In this document: piece after piece, positions 24,790 through 37,825 of the stretch
How the letters are laid out: each line of letters opens with the position of its first letter
Position numbering within the stretch: the first letter of the stretch is position 1
Assembly (NCBI RefSeq): GCF_006345805.1
Contig: NC_042997.1
Location: forward strand, 1,364,001 to 1,428,000
DNA length: 64,000 bases
Origin: Octopus sinensis
Taxonomy: Eukaryota
Direction of reading: 5' to 3'
Position numbers and translations under genes: made by a program
Notes under the pieces: generated by a model
What the model was told of the DNA's origin: nothing
The model's database searches: none
Seen by the model: the letters and a program-made list of their open reading frames with translations, nothing else

Positions 24790-26150
24790 CCAGGCATTCC
24801 ATTCATTTCCCAACTCAAAGAGGCGTGATCCATTTTATGCTCGGGTCAAGGCATAGAACGCATTCCCCAATATCAGCAGCGGGTCCCAACAGCATTTGCT
24901 GGTTTATCCCCGCTACACCACGCTAGTTCCGTACACCTTGCGGCAACATCACATTCATTCATCCGTCCACAAACACTCTCTAAGTTTTCCTATCATTTAT
25001 AAACACTTTTGCCTCTCTCACTCCAACACCTCTAACCATCAAAAATTTCCTCACACCATCCATCCACACTAACCAAGGTCTGTCTCTGGTTCCACTGGCT
25101 ATCACTTCTGCCTTCACCAGCCTCTTTACCATCTGCTCCTCGTCCATCCTCTCCATGTGACCAAACCACCTGAACATTCGTCTATCCATTTTGGTTGTTA
25201 GTTTCTCTCATTCCTGCTCGCCTTCGCACCTCCTCATTCCTCATCCTGTCCATCCGTGTCACACCAGCTGTAGCAGCTCTCAGACGTCTCATCTCAAACA
25301 CATTTAGTCACCTCCTTTCGGCCTCTCTCAGCTTCTAGCTCTCTGCACCATATGATATTTTCGGCACAATCACGCCCTCATACAAATCTCTTTTCGCTTT
25401 CATAATCAACCTTTTATCTCTCCCAGATACTTACAACACCCGCTTCTTCTAACATCTCACCATTTATACTCACATCGTTCTTACCAGCCATTCCATCTCT
25501 CGAACATCTCATCGCCTTACTCTTAGCCACATTCACTTTCAGTTTCCTCCTCTCACACGCTCTTCCAAACTCCCCCGCCAGACTCCTCCGTTGCTCTTCC
25601 GAATCTGCCTCCAGTGCTGTATCATCAGCAAACAATAACTGACTCCCCTGCCATTTCTCTCCATTTTCTCCCACCATCTGGGTTCTCCTACGAAGGTTTC
25701 TAGCATGTATCTCTCTCACCATACCATCCATATATAACTTAAACAGCCATGGAGATATCACACAACCCTGTCTTAACCCTATCTTCATATCATACCACTC
25801 ACTTCACCACCCACCCTAACACCGCCTTACTCTTTTTCTATATAAAAAAAAAACTCTGAACAGCTCTCAACAATCTACTATCTACTCCATAAAACCGCAA
25901 CACCTGCCACATTGCATCCCTATCCACACTGTCATATGCCTTTTCTAGGTTATAAAGGCCCAATACATCTCTCTCCCTTCCTTCGTCTCCAATTTCGCCA
26001 CCCTCACCACTCTCTTTTCACTTCACAGCACTTCTCTGTACCGATTATAAGCCTCAACATCTCGTTTCTGCAATCACTATTCAATGCTTTTTTCTTCTCT
26101 GCTACAGCTTCCCTTCCTTAGTTATTCCACCACTCGCTACTTTTCTTCAC
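24790..26150 (-). mobile_element. RTE-clade LINE, RT and C-terminal remnant
   Basis: AFINLEKAYDSVDR, GLRQGCVISPWLFKLYMD, LLFADDTAL, LKVNVAKSK, RWFGHMERM..GTRDRP..WMDGVRK; disrupted by frameshifts and stops. Confidence 0.88.
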
Positions 26151-26221
26151 ACCCATTATAACCATTCGTGTACCACATACCTCAGAGTCACAGTCGCTAG
26201 CCACTTAACGTTTAAAAAAAA

Positions 26222-26375
26222 AATTCTCTCCCTGTTTATTTCTGTGTCCCTTTTTGTGGAAGAGCGAAGGCTTGAAACATAAACGACTTTCTCACTTTCC
26301 GAGCGATAAACTAATACATATATTTGTTGTTTACACACCAGTCTTTGTCTTTTGTTTTTTTGTAAAGCTGTCAAG
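26222..26375 (+). repeat. Solo PLE terminal-repeat fragment with degenerate hammerhead-like motif (26248-26287)
   Basis: TTGTGGAAGAGCGAAGGCTTGAAACATAAACGAC..CCGAGCGATAAACTAATACA is homologous to 23199-23360 (-) and 39190-39340 (+). Confidence 0.7.
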
Positions 26376-26680
26376 GGAGACAATGCTTCCTGCTTCCGCA
26401 AATATAGCCATATCATGGGATTTCAAATTTTGAGGTAGAGTATCTTAATTATCGTCATTGGTTCTTACTGCACCTAGGGTAAAGCTCAATTCACGTCGTC
26501 AACTTACAAGAATAAAACCGTTGAAAACATGTGCTGTTTTGAAAAACCTTAGAAGTGAAAACTATATATAATGTGGGTCACTAAAGTGACTGAGGGTACG
26601 AGGTTGTACCACCATTGATACAAATAAGAGTGAAAGCGATTCATTAGTCACAACAGCACTATCTTTGTGTATATATAGAT

Positions 26681-26712
<32 letters not shown>

Positions 26713-27256
26713 GTTATTGGTTCGACAATTTCGACCGTAAGTACGTGTTTTTTTACTCACTGTGCCACTCTGTTACCTGCGTGAACCGCATGTTATTTAT
26801 GTGTTTTATTTCTGTTCCTTTTAATTCAACCACGCTTAGCGGTTGGACAGAACAACTTACTTGAATAAGCAAACCACCGACGTTAACATTGATTTCAAAC
26901 TAATTGAAAATGCCCACTTAACAGATGTATACGACGAAGCTTTCCTGCCTCACACTCATGAAAAAAGAGAGAGGAGGAAAACCCAGTTGATACTATACAG
27001 ACTACAAGTAGTTCGAATTCTGCCACCAGCCAAAACAATGACGTCCAGCCGAAACCTACAAGAAATGAAACCGCGGTTTTGAGGCTGCAGCCACAATCAA
27101 CCAGGAGACTATAAAACTGGAGATGGAGAACTTAAAAAAATAATTCAAATGACTGCTACAGAGAGATGGCACGAACCTACCTAACACTTCCCTGCAATAT
27201 AATGTAAAAGACAATACGCTAAGTTACAGGGACGTAAACACACTAGCATCGGTTGT

Positions 27257-27608
27257 CAACCACATGGTTCCGGGTTCATTCCCAATTCGTGGCCGTTTCT
27301 TCTACAATAGCCTCAGGCCGATCAAAGCTTTGTGAGTGGATTTGGTAGACTTAAACTGAAAGAGGCCCGTCGTATATATGCACATATATATGTATGTGTG
27401 TGCATATGTTTGTGTCAGCGTTTGTGCCGCTTGACAACCGATGGTGGTGTCTTTACGTCCCCGTAACTTAGCGTTTCGGCAAAAGAGACCAATAGAATAA
27501 TATACTAGGCTTCCAAGGAATAATTCCTGGGGTAGATTTGCTCGACTAAAGGTGATACTCCAGCATGACCGCAGTCAAATGACCGAAACAAGTAAAAGAG
27601 TAAAGAGT
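27257..27608 (+). mobile_element. SINE family B, head-truncated, preceded by an inverted internal SINE piece (27218-27260)
   Basis: Body and tail match family B; 27218-27260 is the reverse complement of the family segment seen at 27431-27472. Confidence 0.75.
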
Positions 27609-27621
27609 ATAAAGATTATAA

Positions 27622-27701
<80 letters not shown>

Positions 27702-27886
27702 AATCAATCAAAGCACATAGTAAGTATGACTACCTGCTTGAAATAACAGTCAAAACTCTTATTGAATCGCCAAAATCACTCGACTATTTAATGCTATTTT
27801 GGCCTGCTATCACCTCCGTCATTGATTCTGTTATTATCATTTTTAAAATAGTTACATTGGATAATAATAGAATTAATACCCCTTCG

Positions 27887-27949
<63 letters not shown>

Positions 27950-28639
27950 GTATGTATCAATAAGTATTTACACACACGCACACGTAAATTTACATACATA
28001 TTTACTCACGTTCATCTACGCATGCATAGATCTAAGAGACCTAAAAAATGTTTAATGCTATATAATGAATTATCCTCCCAAACAAAGAAGAATATGCATT
28101 GCATAGAACAAAATCAGCATGCACAACAAGTGCAATATATACAAATAACAGACAAAAAACAAAACAAGAAATTCTTAAATATATTGCACCAACTACAGAG
28201 AAGCACGCATTCCTCTCTCCCAAATTTAAGATAGATCACTGCAATTCTACCTACGTCTCAACACTACATTGTCTTGAAAGCAGACAAGGACAACATCTTA
28301 TTTAAATCTAAGAGTAGCGTGATGAACCCTGCAAATAGTAAGCCGTACAAAATTAGAAATGTTATGTAAGATTCAATTAATTCCAAATTATACACGACGC
28401 CAGATTAATTTTATGCTATTACTTCTCGCCATTTATTAAGCAATTTTAATTGCAAGTTGTCTCATTTGGAAACTCTGTAGTTTTATCTATGTTTCAAAAA
28501 TACTTTCCTTTAAAAGCTTTTGCGTCTGGCAGTATATTTTCGGATATGATTATATTGATATTAATGTTATGATAATAGTCAATACACGAATTCAGAACAT
28601 AAAAGGAATCCTCACTAATTTACTGCTCGTTTTGTATAG

Positions 28640-31600
28640 CACACAATGTTCACTTCGAAGTATCTGTGTGTCTATTACGGAATCCATGTTGTTTGGGGTT
28701 CAGCAGTCTGTTGCTTTCAAGAAAGTAGGTTATCTGTGATCTTACCACCCTCTCAAATACCTTGATGCTATGAGAAGTGAGTGAGATCAGCCGGTAGTTC
28801 ACTGGACTTGTTACCCTTTTTGAAAACTGGGACAGCAGACTGAGACAGAAAGTTTTCAGGAATATAAGCAGCATCCAATGAGTTCTTCTACAGTTTAACA
28901 AGAGGAGATGCAAGTTCGTGTCGGCGCACCTTCATGACACAAGCAGGGAACCTATCAGGGTCTAGTGGTGAATTGTATTTAATTTCGTTTATTGCCGCTA
29001 AGACATCAGGGGAGCCGAACCTTATGTCCGATTTAGTGTGTCGTGGATTAACATCACCGATACAGTCTAGATCAGCCATAACAGGGTTGCTAAAAACAAA
29101 GCAGTGCAGTTTCTGAGAGAGTTCCATTTTCATCGATTATAGTTCCATTTTCATCGATTAGAGGGCCAACAGTGGAGACAGTGATCTTGTGTTTTTTTCG
29201 CAAAAACACAGAGAAAAACGCTTTGGCCCATTTCTCCTCAGTTGTTCTTTGGCTATTGATGATGGAATTCGTGTATTGTTCGAGGTTATATTTTTTTATA
29301 GGAGCAGGATGATAGCCGTCGAATTTATATGTCTTTTGAAAGGATTTTAGTTTCTTAATTTTTTTGTTCGTCCTATTTTTCTGATAATCGTTTTTCTGTT
29401 TTGGGGAATTCTACACTTTTGTTTTCTTCACAAGCCTTGATGGGGTGTGCTTAGCACATGTGATTGTGACAGTATCTACAAACATCTGCCAAGATATTTT
29501 GATGCTGGAGGAGGTGTGTGCATGTGTGAATGACCAGTCAACATGTGATAACTCACTTATGATTTCGTCCCAGTCGGCATCATATAGATCCATAGTATCA
29601 AATAGGTGGGCTGTGGAGGCACATGGCCTAGTGGTTAGAGCAGCGGACTCGCGGTCGAGGGATCGCGGGTTCGAATCTCAGACCGGGCGATGTGTGTGAT
29701 TATGAGCGAAAACACCTAAGCTCCACGCGGCTCGGGCAGAAGGTAATGGTGAACTTCTGCTGACTCTTTCGCCACAACTGTCTCTCACTCTTTCTTCCTG
29801 CATCTTGCAGCTTATCTGCGACGGACTGGCGTCCCGTCCATGTGGGGAACCTATACGCCAAGGAAACCGGGAAACTGGCCCTTATGAGCCAGGCATGGCT
29901 CGAGAAGGAAGAAACAAGAAATGGGTGGGCTGGAGGGAGATCAGTGAGGTTAGCTTTCAACTGGTGGAATCTCAGGGTACAGATTCATGTCATGGTCTGA
30001 AAGAAAAGGTTTTTTTTTCCACACAAGGCCTAAAGTGTTCTGATATCTTGTTGGTGCAAGAACAAGTTGGGATAACAAAAATCTCATTCCTAAAGCCTAG
30101 AAGTGACTCTACCGCTCCTTTGTCACTATTTGAGGTAGAAGTGCCTGATTTCAAATTGTTTGTAGACCAATCTACAAGGTAGATTAAAATCTCCCATCAT
30201 AATTTGAGTGGCACTGTTGAATAAAATACTTAATGCAGTTGATGAATTTATTAAAGAGCAGTACAAGTGTTCGAGGTGGCCTATACAGCCCGACTACTAT
30301 CAGGTCATTGGTTTTCTTGTGAACAGTGATCTAGTCACAGTAGCCACTGGAGAATGTAATATTTCCATCTGCCGAAAAAGCATCATGAAAGAAAATGGCA
30401 GTTCCACTCTTCATTCTGTCGACTCGATCCGCGTGGATTGTTGTGAAATTCCTCACTTTCAATTCGGCTTTCAAGTGGGAATTGCCAAGCTGTGTTTCAG
30501 TAAAACTGAAGAAAGAGATGTGCGGATGATTACCATCCCAATTCTCAATGAATGAGATCTTCTATTTTTGTGCATTGATGGAGGGACTGACGCCTTGTGC
30601 ATTGAGTAAATATGCGGAGGCTAGTGTAGTAGCAGGTTTTGACTGTTGCAGGGGGCTTTACCCCTGATTGTGTGTTAGTGATAGCAATGTTGGGAGTTGG
30701 TGCACTGGGGTAATATCATAGGATGGTATTGAGTGATAGCTAAAAGATTTTTTTAAATGTCTTTTATCAGGTTCAATATGGCTAAAAAAGAATTTTCCTG
30801 CTTAGGGAGCAATTTTCGACTAGGTGTGATTGTTCTGTTGGATAGGGTTGTCGTTGTGACTTTTGTTGTTGTTGATGATGGTATTGTTTGTGTATCTTCG
30901 TGAAAAGACTAGATCAACATTGTAGCAGGACGTGTTTTTACTGTGGTTTATGTGTTGGGCTGGAGCCCCATTTCTCGTAAAGCGACGGGTCGCTGGAAGA
31001 TGAGTGAAGGGACAGCCATGCAACAGACGTAGTTTCTTTCGTTTGGAATACCGGCAGATTTAACATTCAGTTTACTATTTGGTGGTGTTGATGTTGATAT
31101 TGATGTTGTTGTGGGATTCGTACTTTGGCTTGACTAGTAGTGTTTTTCTGGATTGTGCGTCTAGTGCCAGGTAGATGTGTAACGATGCACTCTCTACTTG
31201 TGCAGAGCCTGTAATGTAGGGAATAACGGCATATTTTCGGGTTACGTGTTAGTGCCGTTGGAGACACACTCCGCTCCATAGTTTTTTTTTATCCTACAGT
31301 AGGAATGAGGTGGCGATGTGGGGGAAGAAAGCAGTAGTTTATATTTATTATTTGTGGGGTAGAAGACGATGGTGGCAGCTGTGGTTATGACGACGATGAT
31401 AATTGTGATGGTTGTGGGAATGGTAAGTGAGAGAGAGGTGAAGAAATATTATCGTTCAGTAAATCAGCTATTATGCTGGAATTTAGGAACGGCTCTTCCT
31501 CTTGTGCTTCTTTTTGTTGCTGTTCATAATTTTCTGGCAGTTGTTGTTTAGCTTGTTGTTGTTCCTGATTTCCTAGTTGTTGTTGTAGTTGTCGTTTTGC

Positions 31601-31930
31601 TTGTTTTTTGCTGTTCTTGGTTTTCTGGATGTTGTTGTTGTTGTTGTTACTTGACCAATATTTAAAGAGAAAACATAACGAGATATTTCAAAATAACCCC
31701 GAATTAGCTTGAAGGAAACCGTGACGTCTTTTAGTTTGCTGCAAACCTGCGTAACAAATCGCGTGTTGAGTATTTTCGCTGTTTTTTTTTTTCAGCAATC
31801 ACATTTAAACACGCTGTTTATGTTTTCTGTTTGAGAGAGAAAAATTCATGTGCTTAATGGGAGGTCAATTTCATTAACAGACCAATATCGTTTGTTGTAA
31901 CTCTGCTGGATAGTCACCATGTTTTTTTTT
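28640..31930 (-). mobile_element. CR1/Jockey-group LINE: ORF1 with two CCCH-type fingers, APE endonuclease, start of RT; 3'-truncated and interrupted by a SINE
   Basis: Endonuclease AYLLNAQG..TETQL..IHADRVDRMKSGTAIF; RT VNYRLISLTSHSIKVFERVVRSQITYFLESNRLLNPKQHGFR; ORF1 CRYSLHYRLCTSRECIVTH. The 5' boundary is approximate. Confidence 0.82.
29614..29918 (+). mobile_element. SINE family C1 (tRNA head plus a body resembling the V-SINE domain)
   Basis: A box TGGCCTAGTGG, B box GGTTCGAATC; body CTGCGACGGACTGGCGTCCCGTCC. The V-domain likeness is from memory only. A second copy is at 44462-44758 (-). Confidence 0.8.
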
Positions 31931-32053
31931 TTCATCTCTTGGTTTTGTTTTCTTTCAGATATATGTATATATATTCTTTCTTATGTGTGTGGCGCTTTGA
32001 TTATCTGAAGATATTAAAGAAGAATATATATATATATGTATATATATATATTT

Positions 32054-32181
32054 CTTTACTACCCACAAGGGGCTAAACACAGAGGAGACAAACAAGGACA
32101 GACAAGGGGATTAAGTCAATTACATCGACCCCAGTGCGTAACTGGTACTTAATTTATCGACCCCGGAAGGATGAAAGGCAA
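32054..32181 (-). mobile_element. SINE family D, 3' fragment
   Basis: Reverse complement of GCCTTTCATCCT..GGGGTCGATAAATTAAGTACCAGTTACGCACTGGGGTCGAT..AGCCCCTTGTGGGTAGTAAAG. Confidence 0.8.
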
Positions 32182-32565
32182 GATATATTCTCTCTTATGT
32201 GTGTTAGTTTCGGATTATTTGGTTATTTGTTTAGGGTTGTTTCATATATATGTATACATTCTTAATTATGCGCGTGAGACTTTGATTATCTGAAGATATT
32301 AAAGTGTATAAAAGAAGTGTGTATATAGATATATTCTCTTTTATGGGTGTAAATTTTTGTTTATTTGCAGGTTTGTTTAGGATATAATTTGTAGTTAAGT
32401 AAAAAATTGTGCTTACGAGTTTGTGTGCAAACGCGTGATTACAAATATATATATAAACGGTCAGTTTGGTTTTGGCTTCGGCCTTGTAACTGTGTAGCTT
32501 GCTACTGACTTTGGCGGAGGGAAGCAACATACGTCTGTACACTTCAAGTGTTGCCTCATATATAT

Positions 32566-32750
32566 ATATAACCTCGAACAATACACGAATTCCATCATCA
32601 ATAGCCAAAGAACAACTGAGGAGAAATGGGCCAAAGCGTTTTTCTCTGTGTTTTTGCGAAAAAAACACAAGATCACTGTCTCCACTGTTGGCCCTCTAAT
32701 CGATGAAAATGGAACTATAATCGATGAAAATGGAACTCTCTCAGAAACTG
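32566..32750. repeat. 185-bp inverted copy of 29107-29291
   Basis: Identical by eye, including the private tandem duplication ATCGATGAAAATGGAACT(ATA). Confidence 0.92.
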
Positions 32751-33057
32751 ATCACGTGATCACCGTGACCGACCAGGCTATCAGATGTTGTTACACATCG
32801 CTGGTCACAATGTGCTTCGCATTGTTTTAGCCTTCAAATGACGCCACCCCGCTGGCTAAGCGAGCAGGCCAACAGAAAAAAAGAGTGAGAGAAAGTAGCG
32901 AAAGAGTACAGCACGGATCGCCCCCCCCTGCCGGAGGCTCGTGGAGCTTTAGGTGTTTTCGCTCAATAAACACTCACAACGCTCGGTCTGGGAATCGAAA
33001 CCGCGATCCTACGACCGCGAGTCCGCTTGCCCTAACCACTAGGCCATTGCGCCTCCA
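32751..33057 (-). mobile_element. SINE family C2 (same tRNA head as C1, different body, CACGTGATCACGTGAT tail)
   Basis: Aligns over its length with 48711-49015 (+). Confidence 0.85.
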
Positions 33058-33068
33058 CACACACACAA

Positions 33069-33117
<49 letters not shown>

Positions 33118-33224
33118 TTATATATATATATATATATATTTACATGTGTGTGTGTGTATGTGTGTGTTCAATAAAATGAGACTATAAAGACAAGACAGTG
33201 TGGAATTTTCAGGACTTTTATAAA

Positions 33225-33271
33225 GCCCTGAATATTTCTGGGATATTAAGGATATCCCTTCATCAGAGACG
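33225..33271 (-). ncRNA. Degenerate hammerhead-like motif
   Basis: Minus strand reads GTCT-CTGATGA-A-GGGATAT(CCTTA)ATATCCC-A-GAAA-TATTC-AGGGC: intact core and 7-bp stem II, but weak stems I and III. Confidence 0.5.
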
Positions 33272-34149
33272 ATGCGTGATGGTTAAATAAAGGAAAATAT
33301 TAGAGTTCAATATAATAAATTATTTTGGAAACGGAAGCAAATAAGGAGCATATAAGGAAATAGGAGAATGAATGTAGAAATAAAAATAAATAAAAGTGTA
33401 TAAAAATATTATATTTGCAGTTCAATTATCCAAGGAATGTGGTGTGTAGAAGAAATCCATATTTTGTCATCACAAATGGAAAGTGTGGAGACGTAGATTC
33501 CATATGCTGTTCATTCACATAGGTCTTGTGGTTTGAATGAAAATTTGAGAATGTTTTGGTAGTACTGAGTGGATAGAGAGGGGGGAAAGGATGTGTATGT
33601 TAAAATGAAGAGGGAGGTCGAAGGAAAAGGTGAGAAAAAAAGAATGAAAAAAAGAGCAAGAGAAAATGAAAAGAAGGAGAGAAAGTGAAAAAAGGAGTGT
33701 TAGTTGGTAGTCAAGATATTATGAGGAGGTGGGAGAGGAGTAGGGAGGGTAGAAAGAGATAAGAATGTACGTAATGAATATGTGTGAGGTGTGTGAGATG
33801 GTGTGATATGTTAGAATGGCATTAAGTGATGGGTATAGAAAGAGCTTTTCTAAAGTGAGTAATATATATATATTATGTGTGTGTGTGTGTGTGTGTGTTA
33901 TGTGGAATTAGGACACCCCTATTTGGTGGGCTCCTAATGGACTGTGCCATGGACACGCGCAATGAGTAGTGAGAGAGTCGGTGATCTGTGTAAGGCCGCG
34001 AGCCGTTGTATTTGAGTTCGCTCCATGTGAGATTTGTTGTATTGCATGATTAATTTGCTGAATTGTTGAACTATTATTAACTGGTATCGTTGGAATTGTT
34101 GTTCTTAACTGGCTTTTAATTTTTTTCTTCCCCAGTTACGGGTGAAGTT

Positions 34150-34900
34150 TGGAATAATACTGTCATGGAAAGTAAACTAACGGGGAGTTACGCTGCGGGG
34201 ACTTCAAAGTCCTGGCAGTAGAGGTACTGCAGGTCCATGAAATCGAATTAAAGGAAACGAATTAGAAAAAATATAACGTTCGTGCGGCCAGAGTAAGAAT
34301 AGGTAGAGTACCTCTAGAAATTCATGAGGCGTGGCTGGTGTCAGCCACCTGCTATAACACAGAGAAAGATTATCAGGTGTTGAAGATATTGAGAACGACG
34401 GAGGTGAACTGTGGGGATATGGAATAGAGGTGTCCTTCCATAGTAGCCTGTCGGACCTTACCAAAATTACAGAAGAACTGGTGCAACCAGATGAGACAAG
34501 ATTAAAAATCGTCGCAGAAGAAAGACCACCGGTATGTTATTTGTGTGGAGTAAGGTGACACATGAAAGCAAAGTGTCCCCGGAAACACGAACAGGAGGAG
34601 GCGGAGAAAGAGCATCAGGTTGAAAAGGGCTCAACTGCGGTGGAGGAAATGGTGGCAAAATATACAGTGGTAGAAAGAAAGAGGAGCAACGTGAAATCTC
34701 CACATAAAAACTGAGCCAACTGAGGAACGAACACAAAGACCGTTGCCTTCAACTAGTAAGGAGGAGGAAGGACAGAAGAAGAAGAAGAGACATGAAAGTA
34801 AGAAGTAAGGACAAGTAGAGACGGGAATACCAGCAACAGAGGTAGAGAGGGGTGAGGTACAGCAGAAAGAGCACACGAAGGGGAAATATGAAAGAACTAT
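34150..34900 (+). pseudogene. Tx1/L1-like ORF1 remnant with CCHC zinc knuckle (34535-34576)
   Basis: VRAARVRIGRVPLEIHEAWL...LKIVAEERPPVCYLCGVR*HMKAKCPR (C-x2-C-x4-H-x4-C with a stop), followed by a charged low-complexity tail. Confidence 0.6.
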
Positions 34901-35547
34901 GATTCGTTACAAAAATACTGAAGAGGTATAAAAGAAAATTTCAAAAATGAAACATGTACTGAGGGTTAACCTGGCTGAGAGAGAGAGGAAAATCGAAATG
35001 TGAAAGCGGTGTTGTTGGGGGATGATAGAGCAGGAAGGTTGCAGGAAATATTTGGTGACCGGATAGTGATGACAGGAATTCGATTTCGTTACCATGATTT
35101 GCCATCACTGATAACATTTTAAGATTTGATGGAATTTTTGGTGTGACATTGTGTGGATTTTTAAACAAAAAGAAATCTAACAAGATACAAGACTGATAAG
35201 TACACACTTTATTTAAAAACCAGTAAAATGGAACTACCTGCTTTGAGTGGGGTGGGGTAGGAAAACCATTACATTTATATTTATATTCATAATTCTCTAT
35301 ATGTTTTATGTACCCCAATGTATTGTTTTGTCTGTCCTTGTGGTAGCCGCTATTTAGAAAGGCCATGTGCCTAAATGAAAGAAATAGAGCTTTGTAAAGC
35401 CGCGAGTTGCGTACTGTCGAGTGTAATTACAAGTATTGTGTATCTTGAGTATTGTGTTCGCACCAGCTATATTTGACCTAACAGACTACGAGTCCGCTGC
35501 CCTAACCACTAGGCCATTGCGCCTCCATTTATATATATATATATATA

Positions 35548-35585
<38 letters not shown>

Positions 35586-36813
35586 CGTGTGTGTGTGTGT
35601 GTGTGTATGTATATCTTTTAGGTGTTATATTATAATGTAGAATTTAGAAAATCAATATGATAGTGGATTAATTCAGAATATTTGATATCTTTCTTGTGCA
35701 AATACTTGCATTTAATGAAAAATACCGCATTATTTTAATGATGTAATATTAATTACGAATCACAAATAAGATATCGTCATTAAAATAAATAATTATATTT
35801 ATATATAATTCATTTAGTTTATGAATTGATGATAATAATGATAAATAATAATCATAATAATAAATGAATTGTTTTATTTGAATTACTAAATAAACATAAC
35901 TTAATATTGTTGTCGTATGTTATTAAAATAGCCAAATGTTGTCTTCGACCTAAACGAATTTGGATTAATATTGTTTGAGATATATAGAAATATATTTAGA
36001 TAGTTGTAGATTCTATTTACTTAATTATCTTTTCCATATTTTTTTAAAATTGTAATTGTTATGTAGTTGACAAGTTAACGCTCACGCTCCTAAGCATAGG
36101 TATTTAAATATTTTGCAATCTGGCCGTCTTTCACATGGAATTCCGTATGTCTTTTGAACGAAAGCCCCGAAGAGATTTATATAAAGGCATATCAATTGTT
36201 TATAAATCATATAATGCATGTAAATCAAAACAAATTGTTGACTTTTGGGACTTTTAAATAACATTTTCTATGTTATCTCGTATATTATATTCATGGTATA
36301 TTATTATATTGTTATAATATAAATAAATTGATTGTCAATTCAATTTCTGCATTAAATTTTTTGCTAATATATATATATATTGAAAAGAGTGAGAGCGAGA
36401 AGAAACACAAATCTTCATCCCTTCATCCCCATTCAAACATTCTTTCTAACCTCTCGATGGACCGATAGAGGCAAATTATGTATAAATGTATAAAGACAAA
36501 GAGAGGGTGAAAGAGCAGTTAAAGCCAATTCCATGCGTGTTGAATGACTTTTGTTTTTAAAATAAAGTAAAACAAAAAAAAAAATAAACGAACTTTTCTT
36601 ATTGGTACGAAAATGATGTGAGCCGGGCAGAAATAAGCGAGGTGTATTTTATTGTATTGACCACACTAACTAAAGAAATAGACTTCATTTATTTCACCCG
36701 CTTCACATCATTTTCGTACCAAGGAGAAAATCTGTTTTTATTTTATTTTAAAAACAACGCCCAATCAACACGCATGGAGTTGGCTTTAACTGCTCTTTAT
36801 CCCTCTCTTTATA

Positions 36814-37319
36814 TCTATATATATAAAACTCTAGTTGTGTGAGTGTCTGTCCCCTTCGATTTAGATTCCTAACTCCTCCCACATTTTGCGGTGCAGTTTA
36901 ACCAAATTCGGGTATCTTATAGTCGTGATTCATATCGAGCCCGTCTGACTATTAGCGCGCGTCAACGATGAGTCTACGATTTTAAAAATAATTTAACATC
37001 ATTTTTTATTCCATTTTAATGCATAAAATGCATCGTGTGTCGATGGCGGCGGAGTTGGCGTCCACGCTCACTGCTGCACCTGTTTGCTTCTCCCCCTTCC
37101 CTCCCTCGTGAAGCTGTGGGGAAGGGAGTGTAAAGAAATCAACGTCGTAATGCGTTGTGAAGGAGACCAGCGTTCTTTTAGAACAACGACTTCATGGCTT
37201 GAAGACACCAAAACAAAAATGGCTAAGAAAGCCCGAATTTATAAGGGAAGTAACTCTCTAAAAATGCTTATATAGTTATTTCCCTTACAAACCCGAGCAA
37301 CGCCGGGCGATACTGCTAG
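36814..37319 (+). mobile_element. Non-autonomous Helitron (~506 bp)
   Basis: A|TCTATATATATAAAA 5' end; 3' hairpin CCCGAGCAACGCCGGG then CTAG|T; no TSD. Confidence 0.85.
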
Positions 37320-37585
37320 TATATATATATATATATCAACGTCGTTGTCTGTGTCTTTTCACTAGCACTGTCGGGCAACTTATGTTGGTGTGTTTACACA
37401 ACATAACTTAAATGTTCGGCAAAAGGGAACGTAAAGTAAGTAAAAAATATGTGTATGTGTGTGTGTGCCTCAGTGTGTGTGAGTGTGCAGCAGTGTGTTT
37501 GTGTGTTTGTGTGTGTGTGTCTATACAGAAATATGTGTGGTTCAAATGCTTTTACAAATTCTCTATATTCTATTTTAGTATATGT

Positions 37586-37645
<60 letters not shown>

Positions 37646-37825
37646 CTTTGTGCATATATAATTTTTATGTTTTTTTTTGTTTTGTGTTAATATTTGTATA
37701 CTACTGCACGCACATACACACACACTCACACATACACAAAGACACACACGTACATATACAGACACACATACATGTATCATATACATATATGCGTATGTAC
37801 ATAATTGTTCGGTTATGTATACGCA

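Noticed and set aside
26843-27200. Possible LINE ORF1 fragment
   Set aside because: Low-complexity and charged, with no diagnostic motif.
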